A stretch of 63,565 nt of DNA, counting the filler, from Choristocarpus tenellus KU-1152 (taxonomy: Eukaryota > Protista > Phaeophyceae): assembly GCA_964200185.2 (NCBI GenBank). It is 9 parts of 9 records of this genome, joined end to end, with 100 filler letters (N's around TTAATTAATTAA, not from the genome) between each part and the next. Parts side by side here need not be neighbours in the genome. Positions count along the whole stretch, not along the records: positions 8,511 to 25,101 come from CAXNAD020000806.1; positions 25,202 to 28,470 come from CAXNAD020021147.1; positions 28,571 to 32,146 come from CAXNAD020019156.1; positions 32,247 to 38,263 come from CAXNAD020009159.1; positions 38,364 to 45,671 come from CAXNAD020006364.1; 4 more parts are not named here. The stretch is one strand, 5' to 3'. Shown piece by piece: positions 24,901 to 38,432 of the stretch. Positions within the stretch are counted from its first letter, which is position 1. Each line of letters begins with the position of its first letter. A program made the translations under genes and the position numbers. Below the pieces are notes generated by a model, which saw only the letters and a program-made list of their open reading frames with translations, made no database searches and was not told the origin of the DNA.

Positions 24901-26518
24901 AGTAGCTGGAGCTCTTATTTAGAGTATACAAAATTCCCTTATGATTATGACCGTGAATAATGCCCCCCACATTCTCCCCTTCATCCTTGCCATCTATCTC
25001 CTTCATTTTCACCTCGAAGACGTCCATGTCCTCCCCACCCCCCCCCCCCCCCCCCCCCCCCCCCTTCCCCCCCCCCCTCCCCCCCCCCCCCCCCCCCCCC
25101 CNNNNNNNNNNNNNNNNNNNNNNNNNNNNNNNNNNNNNNNNNNNNTTAATTAATTAANNNNNNNNNNNNNNNNNNNNNNNNNNNNNNNNNNNNNNNNNNN
25201 NGGGGTGGGGGGAGCTCTCGAAGGGCTCCTTTTGCTCCACGGGTGCTTCACAGGGGCTTGCAAACCCAGGAGGGGGTGAGATACTCAGCGGAGAGATTTT
25301 GAGGTTGGGTTGATGTTGGTTAGGATGTGTGTCATGAATAGGTACTTGGTGAAAGGGTGTAAAGCAATAGGAGTTACAGCACTTGAGGTTGATTCAATAG
25401 TACTGTTTGGGATTGTTGTCAACACTAATGTGTGTCAAGCATTGTTAGCATGAGGCAAAGTTGTCCTGGAGTGAGCTTTGAGAAATATCCTGATTATTGA
25501 GCTTTGTACCAGATGGATTATGGAATTGATGCCCACCTGGTCATTCCTTCAGCTACTGTGGATGTGTGGCTAATCCATAGGCAAAAGTTTCATACTGTAT
25601 GTTGCAGTTTGTTCAGAGCATGTCTTCTTTATTTTATCGTATAATGATTCTATTTTATGTCCAAACAAACGTGTGCATATGGGACATCTCTAGCAGTACA
25701 TAGTTACTCTCTGTATCTTTCCATAGCATCACCTGGACATACCTGATATTTTTGTGCCGATATCATTGGCCAATGCTTATCAAATACGCAACGTCTTGCT
25801 CCTTTCTGCATGCCAAACTTTGATATTTTAATAGTCCAACGAGCACAACATATTGTGAGAATGAAACCATGTAAGAGGGTGATTGATTTCGGTCCTTTTT
25901 GGATCTGAAGGCATTTTTTTTTAGGCTTGTGTCACATACACTGTGTCCATGTCTGAAATGCAGTTGTCCCCCCCTTAGGAGGGTATGGAGGTTGAAGAGA
26001 GAATGGGCTGTGAACACAATATTATTTGAAAATGCCCTCTACAGGAGTGCTCAAAACAAAAGCACCACAACGCAGTCATAGTGATCCTTATGAAACTCAC
26101 TGGTACCACCCTCTTAGCTGATATCACTCTATTCCGTTGGTTTTTAAAAAACTTGGGTGGCCTCCCCTAGGCACCGCCAGAAAAAAAACTATGAGGTGGT
26201 CTAACACACATTTGGGGGATATTCAGCATTGTTTTATTTCTTTATGGAAAGTTCAACTCTTGTTGGAGTAAGGTCGGGTAGGATGGCACTGTGGGGAGCG
26301 GGTCTTGTGGTGGAACCTTGAATTGGAAAGGCACCTGATTGATTGGTGTACTGCGATCAAAATCTGACCTCTTTTGTTGAATAAGTACCCCTCATGCCGC
26401 ATCCGTTATATTTATGTATGTATGTATGTATGTATGTGTGTGTATTTCTTTAGGTACGAATGGTGGGGTTTCCTTGTTCTTTTGTAGGCAGTGCCATTCC
26501 TCCCCCATTTTTGTTAGT

Positions 26519-28436
26519 GTGTGTGACACGTTCTCGGTGTTCTTTGATGTGACCTTCGATGGCGTGATGATTCTCAACATATTCAAGGCCTTGAAGGAGT
26601 ACTTGCAGTGGAGTTATTGTCTCCTCTGTCTGTTACACGCATACGTCATGAATGCAAAACTTGACATACACTCGCCTGTTAACATGATAGTCACACATGA
26701 GAGTCGGTGCCTATGGGACAACACCACATCAAACCGACTAGCGCCTTCCCAATACTTGCAATACTTGATGCAGGGTCACTGCTGACCTCTGGTACTTATG
26801 AATGGATCCACTGCGAAGTGGATTGCAATTCTTCCGTGTGAAACTTGTTTGGACAGTGAGGGGGAATATGCTGGCGGTTTCAACAGTTTCAGAATTGAAT
26901 TCGAACCACAAACACCAACATGAATGTAGATTGAACTCCTTCCCGGACTTGTGTATCCGGACTTTTGGACCGTACATCATTTGTTACCTCAAGCATGGAA
27001 TTTAATTTAACACCTCAAGAGAAAAAATAATTGAGAGGGGGGGGTGCCGCTCAGTTTAAAGGTCGATCTTGCCTTTTCTGGTTGCGCATGTATATATATT
27101 TATTTATTTATTTATTTTTTAAATATATTTTTCGGAAGACTCAGTCGATGGGGTATGGAGTGTGTACTTAAGGGTGTGTGTGCACTGTGAGCGCAATCAG
27201 TTTGCTTAAACGAGTTATCCTTACGGACAATTTTTTTTTTTTTATGTTTTGTGAACTTGAAACGGTCTAAAACACACGCCTCTCTTGCCCATTTCTACCT
27301 GGAGTCTTAGCACACGTCTCGTGGAGACCTCTATTGTCCCATCTTTCCCATCTTTCCCGTAGAGCATTTTCCCCCAAGGTGTCTGTGTTTCCTTAGTTGG
27401 AAGCAAGCATCCAATCGCAGCACTTCCTGCGTCACCTGATCTCAAATTGACTCCACACTGAAACTTACACTTCCTGAAACATACCTCTTGCTACAACTTG
27501 TTGTTTCGAAGTTCCTACAATAAAATAGGTTTTTTCGAATGTCAGGTTCATCATTCTCGAATCTGAACTCTGCTGGTTTGTTTCATCTATTTACTGCTCT
27601 GAGGCAGGGTAAGAAGTACTCAATTTTCCAATTATTTTTTGCTATTGTTCACCGAGGTCAAGAGGTCAGAAAGCCTCTTGCCAAAGTTGAGACATTCCTC
27701 TTGAACAATTGTTTGTGTGAGGTTTTCCACTATGTAAGTAAGGCATTCCTCGAAGTTCAGCCTGAAACTTAGGACCGCCACTGTCCTCTGACTCAAACAT
27801 GACGTTTCCTTGTTCTATTTTTAACCCTGCTGGGTTCAGGTTGAACAGTTTTTTTGTGATGAGACTGAACAAAATTGGTTAATATACTGTAGATATATTG
27901 AATGGTAGCATGCCCCACCCAACCAGGTGTTTGTATATTATGACGCCACTCCATTTTTGTGGACATTGCGGTGATCAGTTGCTGCTTAAGTCTATCTCTC
28001 ATGGCAAGGCATCCAAATTTCTCAAAATATGTTGTACCCACTCTATCCTCCACGCCTCCCTCCCCCCAATTGCTGCTGTTTTGCAATTGGGACCTCAGAG
28101 GGCTTCAGAACGGAGTGGTCTCTTGGTGAAGACAGCTGTCAACAAAATGGCTGGTGCCAACTGGGGTGATGTCCTTATGCATGTAGCATCCGTTCCAGGA
28201 ACCAACAATTCAATTTTGAGCAGGGGGGGGGAGGGTCAGTCGTGTGCTGAGGGAGGGATTGCCACCCAAACAGTAACCTTGGGAAGTCTAAGCAGGGAAG
28301 GGCTAAACATTCTGAAGGGCAGCAGCAGCAGCAGCAGCAGTAGCATCCCTGCTCATGGAGAGTCGCGCTGGGTGCCGCCCTCCATGACTGTTGACAACCT
28401 GCGGCTTGAAGATCAGGAAGAGAGGTCACGGTCAGG
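26519..28436 (+). CDS. Hypothetical protein, internal exons
   Basis: Exon-like ~26519-26610 (VCDTFSVFFDVTFDGVMILNIFK) and ~28099-28436 (RASERSGLLVKTAVNKMAGANWGDVLMHVASV...WVPPSMTVDNLRLEDQEERSRS, then a gtatat donor). No family recognised. Confidence 0.5.
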
Positions 28437-28570
28437 TATATGCCGAATCCTGCCCCCTCCCCCCCCCCCCNNNNNNNNNNNNNNNNNNNNNNNNNNNNNN
28501 NNNNNNNNNNNNNNTTAATTAATTAANNNNNNNNNNNNNNNNNNNNNNNNNNNNNNNNNNNNNNNNNNNN

Positions 28571-28624
28571 ATGAAAAAATTGACCCCAACTGGACAACCG
28601 CCATCCCCCCCAGATACTTTGAGC
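28571..28624 (+). mobile_element. MITE family A, right end at contig start
   Basis: ccccaactggacaaccgccatccccccagatactttgagc. Confidence 0.75.
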
Positions 28625-28852
28625 TGTAGCTGCAACCGGGCGAGTTCCCTGAACTACGCCTATTGGTCAGCTAGAGTAGTCTATGTTTCAACATTAGCAA
28701 CACAATTTTGGTAGAGTTTTTCACCTATAGAAAATGCTAGCAATACATTTGAAGTTCAAAAGCAGATGTAATATCTGAACCCTTACCCAACCCCCATCAC
28801 ACACCCCTCCCACCATCCCCAGCACCGTTCTCCCCCTCTTCTAGCTCCTCTT

Positions 28853-31800
28853 TCATCCCTTTCCCCCTCCATCACCACTCGCCACCTCATCACCACTAGA
28901 GACAAATCTGTTCCCTCCCCATGGTGAAGCAAGTGGTCCCCCTGGGTCCAACCAAAAGCGGGCAGAAAATGTAAACGCTCTGCATGACTGCAGCAAGACC
29001 AAACCTACCCAAATGTCCTCAAGCTTCACACCTTCTGTGCCCTGGGAAATAATATAAGCCCCAGCAATAGTTGCGCTGACAGCCATGGTAAAGGCCTGTT
29101 TTGGGAGGGTAGGGGGGCAGTTGGATTAGGGGGTACCAAGGCATTAAGAAACGATGAAGAGAACATTCTAACACCAGGTGGTTAGACACATACAGCTCTA
29201 GAATGGAGCTGGCCCATTGGTGTGCAGTATGGGGGGAGGTTGGGCAGAAAATGATTTGTATAGGAACACGTGGATAGTTGTGGGAGAAGATGATGGGCAT
29301 GGACAAAGGGAAATGAGGTAGAATTTAGGTTTGGGCAAATATTAAAACAAGGATATTCGATAAATAAATGTAGCTTACTCTGGTCTGGGTAAGGAGTGAG
29401 GGTTGAGGGTTGAGGAAGGAGGTGCGGAAGGGGTGACTAATCAAGGATAATCGTAATATTCAAGTTAAGAACAGACTTCAAATGAACACCAAAGTCGAGT
29501 GCTGCAATAAGCTCCACAAGACATGCAGTGAATGTTCGGGAGACCATGGGAGCCAATCAACCTCAGACAAGAGACAAATGGGCAGAGTTTGAGACACATT
29601 TGTAAGATCACATTCAGCAGTCATGCAGCATGCATTCCAGACAGAGCCTTCTGGAGCATGTTTCATGGAAAAAATACGTTACTTTGAAAGACATGCTCAT
29701 TGTTTCCATTTCACGAACAGAAACAAGACAACTCCTTCAGGAAGAAACATTACGACAGCAAGAGATTGTTGATTGGGGTGGACTCATGGAAGTTGGACTC
29801 TTGTAGCCAGTTCCCACATATAGCCACATTTGGTGGTGAAGCATCTTAGTGATGCATCTTACACTTAGCTAAATGTGAAAAGTAACTTGTTGGCGGATAT
29901 TCTCGTTCACTACATAATCAATATTGGTTCCTAGTTCAAGAGGCACGGTACAGATGTAGAAATCTTATCTGGTCTTGCATTGCGACTCTTCAAAACTACA
30001 CATTGAAGTTGAAGTTCAAGGTACATCAGAATCTATACAGATGGCGACAAAACGTAGGTTGGGCAGATTGGCGTGGATGGGATGCTGAGCGGTACTCTTG
30101 AGTGTATAACAATAGAAGAGGCGCCTTAAACCAAGCTCGATGCTGTCAAATGGTTTCACATTTTGACCACAATAACAGTACCTGAGATCCCTCCGTCCAA
30201 ACACATCACAAAAAGATCCAGGAGATCCCCCCAAAACAGGGTGTGCAATCAACACATACGTAATCAAGCCTGTACCACACACCCTTGCATCATGATACGA
30301 TCTATAATATTTTTTCGGTGTATTGTGCTAAAGCTCAAAAACCGTCCCATGCACACAAGTAGCTACCCTACCTCATAGGCGAAGTCCAGGGATCCCTGGA
30401 GGATTCCGTCACTAACAAAGACAAATGCGTTCACAGGTTGCATCAAACCAACCAAAGTGATGACTGGAGCCACCACAGTCAGCACCTGTATGCAAGTACA
30501 GCCCACAGGCAAGTGGGTGGGTGGGTGAGAGCAGTAGCAACAGGGGCAGCCATTGCTAACATGAAGGTCGCCAAAAAAATAGAATATGCCAAGACAATAC
30601 TAGGACATAGTCAAGTCAAGTGTTGGTTCTAGAGTAAATGTCTTGTGCCACAGACAACCAAGACGAGCAACGTAAGATTATGGACAAATTTACATTGGAA
30701 AAGTGGCATTGAATTAGTTCTGCTGCTGACTACAAAGCAGGAAAGGATTTTGGGGCCAACAGTGTACACACACACACTCACTCACTCACTCACTCACTCA
30801 CACACACACACACACACAAACTCAACTAGCTGACGAGCATAGTTCATAGTTTCAGATGGAGGGAAGTTTGGGTTGCTTTGATCCTTTCAATACCCAACTA
30901 AGTAACTGCATGCACCTCTTGAAGATATCACATTAAGGGTTGGGGTTAGAAATACAGTAAACAATGTAGGATTTCAAGAGGAAGATACTCATCATGCACA
31001 AGAACAAGAAATGAAGAAACTTCAATGAATAATTCCACATGAGACCGCAACAAGTATGAGTGCCTGCAAACAGTGGTGCTCGTATTCCAGTTTGAAATGA
31101 CACACACTGAACAGACTACGCACCTCCACTACATTAAGGAAGATATGCTAACAGGGAGTAGATAAGTTAAACATTGTGTACCCCGAACAACATAACACTC
31201 AACACTGTGTTGAGTGAGAAAACACAGGACATAAGAACATCCGCAACCCAATGAAGTAGCTCCACAAACAGTCCGGTCCAAAGCACATTCCTGAAAACAA
31301 AGATTAATGCTTGTATCTCTCCAGCAGTCCAAAAGACACACAGCACTTGTGTTGTCTACACACATTTGGAGAGACATCCACAAAAAAAATCTAGAACACA
31401 AGTATCAGAAAAAGCACAAAATGTTGTGTTGACCGCAATAAAATTGAAAAAAAAAAAATCTTTCTGGGACCACAACAAAATACAAAACTTAAACATAACC
31501 CTATTCAGTCAAAAGAGGGTACAACACTGTATTAGAAACAGGGTGATGTGCCCAAGTTGTGGTTAATTGCTAAGGAGGGAGGGTTTTTTTCCTGTACTGT
31601 GGGGTGAGCAATTGCAATATATATTCTTGCTTCTTCTGTGTGTTAGCAGGGGAATCTTACATACACCTTCGCCTAAGGACCTATTCCTGTTAGCTGAGAG
31701 GGTTGGTGGCAGAGGAGGGAGGCGATGCCAGAATGATAGAAAAAAGCATTGTCAATTCCAAGGTCTTTCCATCTATCTATATATCTATCGAAGTTATTAC

Positions 31801-32067
31801 CTAGGTCTGGTAGTTCCACCACCATGACCTATAGTTGTTTCATGACAATGTATTGCACTCTCATGACAGGTGCCCCTACAATGAAAACCTTCAATCACGC
31901 CACTGCTTCCACAATACAACACTTCAATTTTTCCCCCCCATTCTCCACCCTGTCCCTTATCACCTACTCACGTCAGGCTCTGAAGTAAATATGAGTGGAA
32001 TATACTTTCCCCATAGCTGAAACATTGTTAGAAGAATGAGACCTAGCCCTACACCAAGGATTATCAC
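28853..32067 (-). CDS. MATE (multidrug and toxic compound extrusion) transporter, last three exons
   Basis: Exons 32067-31972, 30485-30372 and 29095-28853, all phase 0 and GT-AG: VIILGVGLGLILL..IPLIFTSEPD VLTVVAPVITLVGLMQPVNAFVFVSDGILQGSLDFAYE AFTMAVS..DIWVGLVLLQSCRAFTFSARFW..GP. QP.NA..FV.DG...G..DF.Y is typical of DinF/FRD3-like MATEs. Confidence 0.9.
30766..30818. repeat. (CA)n/(CTCA)n compound microsatellite in MATE intron
   Basis: Seen directly. Confidence 0.85.
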
Positions 32068-32824
32068 CTGCAAAGGAGCAAGAGAGAGGGTGTTTGGTAG
32101 AGAGGGACACAGTCGGGGACAACATGTTAAAAAAAAGGGGGGGGGGNNNNNNNNNNNNNNNNNNNNNNNNNNNNNNNNNNNNNNNNNNNNTTAATTAATT
32201 AANNNNNNNNNNNNNNNNNNNNNNNNNNNNNNNNNNNNNNNNNNNNCATGGACGAAGTGTCCTTTCATCTGCAGAAGGCAAAAATGGAGTGGATAAGGGC
32301 CAACTCCAGGAGAAGAATCGTCCAGAGTGACATTCGTCATTTCTTTTGATGTGCTTGGCATATACTTTCGTCTTGTTGGGGTTGGGTCAAAGTATGATTA
32401 CGCCAGAAGAGCGACAATATATTTTAGAAAGACTGAAGTGACTCTGAGGTAGCAGGTACATACAGTATTCTCTTTCCTTATGGCGAGGCGGGAGATGCGC
32501 ATTAGCACATGAACATCATGAAAAAAAACGCTCGTAATCGTTTCCATCCTATCCATTAAGCTTATGAATGATTTCCCAGCTCATCACGATTAATCAGTTG
32601 CTTCGACGATTGATTTCCCAGCTACCCTAACCCTAATTACTGCAAGAACGACATTGTACCACATCAATTCTGTGCCGCTTTTTTCGGGCATGTGTGCACA
32701 AAATCGGGGTAGGTACTGTGTAGAGATCACGTCTTTCGATGCACGTTGAACAACAGACCTGACTCTGTCTTAGTGGTTCGACCAAATATAGTGCAGATAT
32801 TGTTTGTGCATATTCCAGTTGCAC

Positions 32825-35437
32825 ATGAGCATCACCAAGGAAGTCCTGGATCAGCATTTGGCGGAACTGAACTCCAATTCCTGTCGGGATAAGGCAACCC
32901 TGCTTCTCCGAGAGGGAAAGGCCGCTGAGGCCGCGAAATGGTGCTTACGCCATCGCCCTTTTAGCATGAGTAGATCAGACATGAAAATTGCTTTCATGGA
33001 GTTCGACCTGTCATTGTATTTGTGGTTGTTCTTTTTGTTGACCCTACAGACTTCTTCCCGATCCATCCTAGCATCGTTCTCAGGAACAAGTGTTTGATTG
33101 GGACAAAATCCTTCGTAACTCCTCCCTCCCTTTAGGCCAATTTAGTGAGAAGAAATCTATATTTCCCCCAATACCATTATGTTGAACCCTCTTCAAAAAA
33201 AATGAAAGGTTTAGCAAGGCAATTTCCAGATCCCCAGCAGACTCATCCTTGTTTTCAGCCCGCTCCATGGCCTGGGAGACTGCAGGTCGGGGTACTCTGG
33301 CTGTCTCGGATGCTGCAGTCGGTGTGTGCATGCGCCCGAGGGTTGCTGCAGGGTTCATCCGTTTGTCTTCCGCTCTTGAGTCGCAAGGGCGCTACAAGGA
33401 AGCTGTCCGTGCCTGTTTCCTGGTGAGGCATACATGCCCATATTGACGAGATGGTGTTTGGGGGCAGCGGTAGTTTTTCTCTTTTTGAAAGACGTTTATC
33501 TCAGTTGAACTTCTGGAAGGCGTCAAGTGCATTCTTGACCTTTACAATTAGACTTGTCCTGATAGAAAATTTACTCGCGGTGGTAGAACCTAGAGACGGG
33601 CACGAGAGGCAACCAAAACGATAGTCAAACTGCTCTAGAATGACCACCCAGCATTATTAGTCGACGGTGGAGCTTCTTTGTGTGCTGCGCAAGATGCAAC
33701 ATGTACATATGTCAGCGTCGGCGGGATGGGCGACAGAGTCGCCGATCCACTCCCTGGTTGCTGGTCGCTGACTACATAGCAACTCCAACCATGACTCGTC
33801 ATTCCTGACTCCCAACGATTTCTGACAAGGAAGCAGAGAAAAGAATTGGGGCAAGTATTCGTATGTAGACAATATTGCCACCGAAGCCTCCAATTTCAGT
33901 GTGCAGAAATTCTGCCTCAAAATCGGCTTCATTTCGTTCCTTGGTGCTGAGGGTGTGCTGTGCTTGGTACTACTTGGGCACACCCACAAACCAGGCAGGA
34001 CCTTTGTTCATATGCTTAGGGGCGAACATTTCACTGGGTGACAAGCAAATATCTCCATGTCAGAGGTAAACTCGGTAGGGGCTACTCAAACCCTCAAGGC
34101 ATTTTGTGTCACATGAGAGGTATCCTTTCCAGCGTGCTGGGCCTGCAAGCTGGTGTAGTGTATGCTCAAGTGATCAAATGCTAATCCGCCCCCTGTACAC
34201 ACTCCCTATGTGTGGAATAAATCTGAAGTTTTGCATGTGCCATCTCCTCTGAAGCCTGGGCACATTGGTGCAAACCGCATGTGCAAAGTGTGCAATATGT
34301 GATGGTTTTATTTTCTTGATGGCTCAGTTGTATTGTGAATCTCCTTTGCTCCTCCAACTGCAAATTGTCAAACCAGGGCTGCAATTTCTTGTTCCTCCCC
34401 CTCTCCCCTCCCCCCCGCCAACACATTCCATGGCACCGTCTCGCTGTCTTCTGTTGTCCCTCATGTGCTTTATGCAACAGGGTATGCGTTGTGGGGACTC
34501 CAGGTGCAATGGGATTCTTGGAAGTTCCATGGCAAGGGTACGTGAGCTAGGCAGCCTCCCGCCCGTGGAATGGACACCGGTTAGCCAGCGTGAGAGGTAA
34601 AGATTATCAGTGTGCTTCTTATGATCTTTCATACCTTGGCTTCCCATCCATCTCCTCATGCTGTCTTTACAGTATTGAACTCTGTGGGCGTACACCATGG
34701 AGTCTCTGCTCTTATTTGTGTGAAGCACCACTTTGTGTTAGGGACAGTATCTATGTTGGAAGTTGTGCACCAGCCCGAGATAGGGTTTTGACACTGTTTA
34801 ACATGTGATGCCTTGGACACTTGATGGTCCAGTACCCTTGAGCTCTGGTGTGGTGCTTTTTCTCACTATTTATTAATTTGATCCCTCTTGTTTTGTACCT
34901 CTCCTAATCAATAGGTGGGTGTGGAGATTGCTTTCTGTAAGAGGGCTGATTCTAAGGTTTTTGGAAAGAGCTGGGAGATGGACAGGCCTGAGCATTGCTG
35001 CAAGGATTGCTGCTGGGGGTGATAACTTCATGCATCCGCCGTGGCCAGGGGCTTAAGCGACCCTCCTTTAGGTCGTATGCAATTTTGATATGTGAAGAAT
35101 AACAGTATTATAGTTGTTGTTTGTGAAGTAGTCCTATGTATTACTTTCCTTTGGAGTACGCAAGTGAAACCTTTCAGCTATCCTGACTGTGACCTATTTG
35201 AGCAAGTAGAATCCGTCTTTTTAAATTTATCTCAAGAGGTTTATTTTTATGTGGAGTGTAAGCGAAGGGGGGGTCAAGCATCCTAGCACTCAACCGTGGG
35301 TGTATTTTGCAGGGGCCTGCACATTTTTGTAGGACTCCATGCAGCAGCGAAACTACTGCCTAGAACGGAAGACAAGACTGTGGAACAGGTGATCACTAAT
35401 GTTGAGAAGTGGTGCAATCAACTATCGTGTGTGTAGG
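32825..35437 (+). CDS. Tetratricopeptide-repeat (TPR) protein
   Basis: Exons 32825-32940, 33209-33422 and 34481-~34537 join in phase: CRDKATLLLREGKAAEAAKW FSKAISRSPADSSLFSARSMAWETAGRGTLAVSDAAVGVCMRPRVAAGFIRLSSALESQGRYKEAVRACFL GMRC. This is a three-TPR co-chaperone-type module. Downstream exons (to ~35437) are uncertain. Confidence 0.75.
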
Positions 35438-38363
35438 TGAGTTGATATTCTGTACCTGATGGTATGGCACATTTTGAGGGGAGTTACTACAGTGCGTTTT
35501 ATTATGGTATCCAGGTGGGAAGGCACCCTCATAATTTGGGATGAGGTGTCTCTGTTGTGATCACTCGTTCTTTTCTATGACACCTAGGAGTCCAACCGCG
35601 GTCCGTGAAGGGATGAGACCACTTCAATCATACCGTTCCTTATTGCATGATTTTTATTCTGTGATGACTCTATCCCATCAACTGGCTGCCCCCTCCCCAC
35701 TTATTGCCACTGTATGATTTTAAGAGGGTGGGTTGGTCAAAGATATAAGTTAAGAGGATTGCCTCAATTCATTGGATAAAATTACCTCCAGGTTATACTG
35801 CTTTTCACAGCGTCCTGTATCATACCTACCCTAGTGGATTTCTTTCTAGGATTGAATGTTCAAGGACTCTTTCGATACCTTCTTCCAATACCTACCCTAG
35901 TGGATTTCCTACTTGTCAAGCGTTCGGGCACTTCCTTGCATCCTTGGGTAGCGCCATACCTTGAGCAATAGTCTGCAGTCTGCAAATCTTGTGCAAGCAG
36001 CTTGAATCAAGGAACCAGGCTCTCACTTCTTCGAAATATGATTGGTTTTGATTACTATTATTCTACTGTGAAAGGACACCATTGTGACTGTCCCACCCAT
36101 ATGAGAACTAATGATGTGACTGTCATTGTTGTCTCATGCTCAAGAGAGTACCGCCTAATTAGAGGAAAAACCAGGTACAGTGGAGAAGTGTACAAGAAAA
36201 ATCATGTCTGAAGTGATGCTAAGAAAAGTACATGAACAGGCAGGTAATAATTTTCCTGGTAGTAGAACAGGATAAGTTTAGATAAAGGATAAAAGAGCCC
36301 CTACGTTGCATTTTATAAAGCGACGACAACTTGTGTCATGATGCAAAACCAGACGCATGTGATGATGGTTGAGAAGGAGAACTGAATCGCATGCATCACA
36401 ACAGTTTAGAGCAGGCAGTACATGATACAGTAGAGTAGAGTGTTCGGTTACCATTGCATGGTAGATCATGGATTCTGATGGTGTGGCGATCTGGATGTTT
36501 AAACTAGGTAACGGCTTAGGTGAAGGTTATTTCCACGATGTGATTTTGGATACCATCGATGCAGAGCCTTCCCACACATTAATTAGGCTAACTTAATGTG
36601 TATTTTGTATTTTTTCCATGTGAAAGGTGAACTGTACCTATGGTCTTCCTAGAAATCCTTGAATCGATTGAACAATTTAGTGGGTGAGCGCTATAAATAG
36701 CTGTAGTTTTGTGAGGACATTCGGCAGTTGGACACTAGTCTCACCAAAGGAATGCGCAGCTCTTAACACCTGGTTCACATGGATGGCGAGTCATAGGAAG
36801 CACACCTCGAACTAGGGTCTCCACTTATACCTGTTTAGGAGTGTGATACTTGTTGCAAGAAGAGACCATTTCTTTATTGGATGGTTCAGGAAGGGAAGCT
36901 ATTCTTTGTGTATGTTTATAGGCATGATGTACTTCCCAGGCAATGGTTCCAATCATTCATCTCTAATTTTTGCAGGGTCTCATATTTTTTGGTCCTGGGC
37001 TTCAGTCTGATAGGTTTTTATTTTTTGCTTACACGATTGGTGGTCACATACATGTTCGTTCCTCTCATAGCACTTCAGAGTGAACTATACAGCCCCCATA
37101 ACAGTTTATTCTACTGCAATACTATGTACTTTGTACAGAACAAGGACTTGTATATATGTGTGCATGGTTTGTATGCCCAAAATATAGCACACACTACTTG
37201 AAGTGTGCAAAAATAGTGCCTCACACAGAAAGAGGTCAAGGTTTCTTCTCAAGGGAGATGCTCACAACTACATTCCAATTTAATGTAAACAACCACACAC
37301 TCAGACATACTATGGCTCTGTTGTGTCCTGCTCTGTCATCAACTGCATCTGTAACATCAATCAGTAACATACTGTGACCCACAACCTACCAGAAGATCCT
37401 TTGTCAATCCTGCCCTTAACTTAACTACTGACGGGACCTGCTTTCATATCTGCTGCTTGACTGCCCAAAATACCACGCAACGGGAAATACTACTGTAGAC
37501 CAAATAATTCTTTAGGCAAGTGGGAGATACTTCTTAACTCTGGATGACCACCTCTCAGAGGATGGCTTCAGGGGAAGATTTCATATCCAGCCTTGCATGA
37601 TCTAAGATCTTGCAGGGCGGGAATCCACTGTGAATATGTGGTTGGAGAGGAGGTCAATGCATTCTTCCACTATCAAAACATGCAGTATTGATCAGAAGAG
37701 GTTGTTCTAGTGGAAATTATAGGGAGCTGCCTGTAGGCGTCCATTGTTATAGGGGGCTCCTGCCATCCGAATTATTTCTATCGAGGAATCAAGGCACTTC
37801 AGACTGTTTCTAAATAGCAAAGACGATTCTCAAACAAAACGAGATTGTGATACACAGCAACAGTGAAGATGAGCCTCACATTTCAGAACGTTTTGAACTT
37901 GTTTCATCTTTGTATGCCTTGTCATTATTTTTTTTTTACAACAGTACATACATAGTTTGCCACAATTGCATTTGGTGCACAGATAAACAGCTCTGTATGG
38001 CAAAGTAGGATGACTTTTTAAAATAGAGGTACAAATGAGCAGTCGTATTAAAATACACGGATTACTTTTCACCTTAATCTCTCACAGCGCTACAGAGCAC
38101 CACGAGATAAATGCAAACCTACCAAATACAGATGAACATCACATCATGAAGGTAGTGGAAAAACACTATGTTTAAGGCCACAACAAAATACTATGTAACA
38201 AAAATAAATGCAACCCCCCCCCCCTTCCTCCCCAAACTCTTACAGCATGCTAAAAATCAACATNNNNNNNNNNNNNNNNNNNNNNNNNNNNNNNNNNNNN
38301 NNNNNNNTTAATTAATTAANNNNNNNNNNNNNNNNNNNNNNNNNNNNNNNNNNNNNNNNNNNN

Positions 38364-38432
38364 AAAAATAGTTTTTTGACCGAAATGGACGCCCCCTCAC
38401 AAACCACCCCCCCCCCCCAAGATACTCTGACC
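38364..38432 (+). mobile_element. MITE family A, degenerate right end at contig start
   Basis: gaccgaaatggacgcc...ccccaagatactctgacc. Confidence 0.6.

Noticed and set aside
25030-25101. Poly-proline ORFs and G-quadruplex-like tracts at contig ends
   Set aside because: Homopolymer runs at assembly breaks with unreliable length and sequence.
28471-35437. Functional clustering of MATE, TPR, CNB, ankyrin and GTPase genes
   Set aside because: They lie on separate contigs. Ends do not continue across spacers (e.g. an exon cut at 45671 is followed by mid-MITE sequence), so linkage is unsupported.
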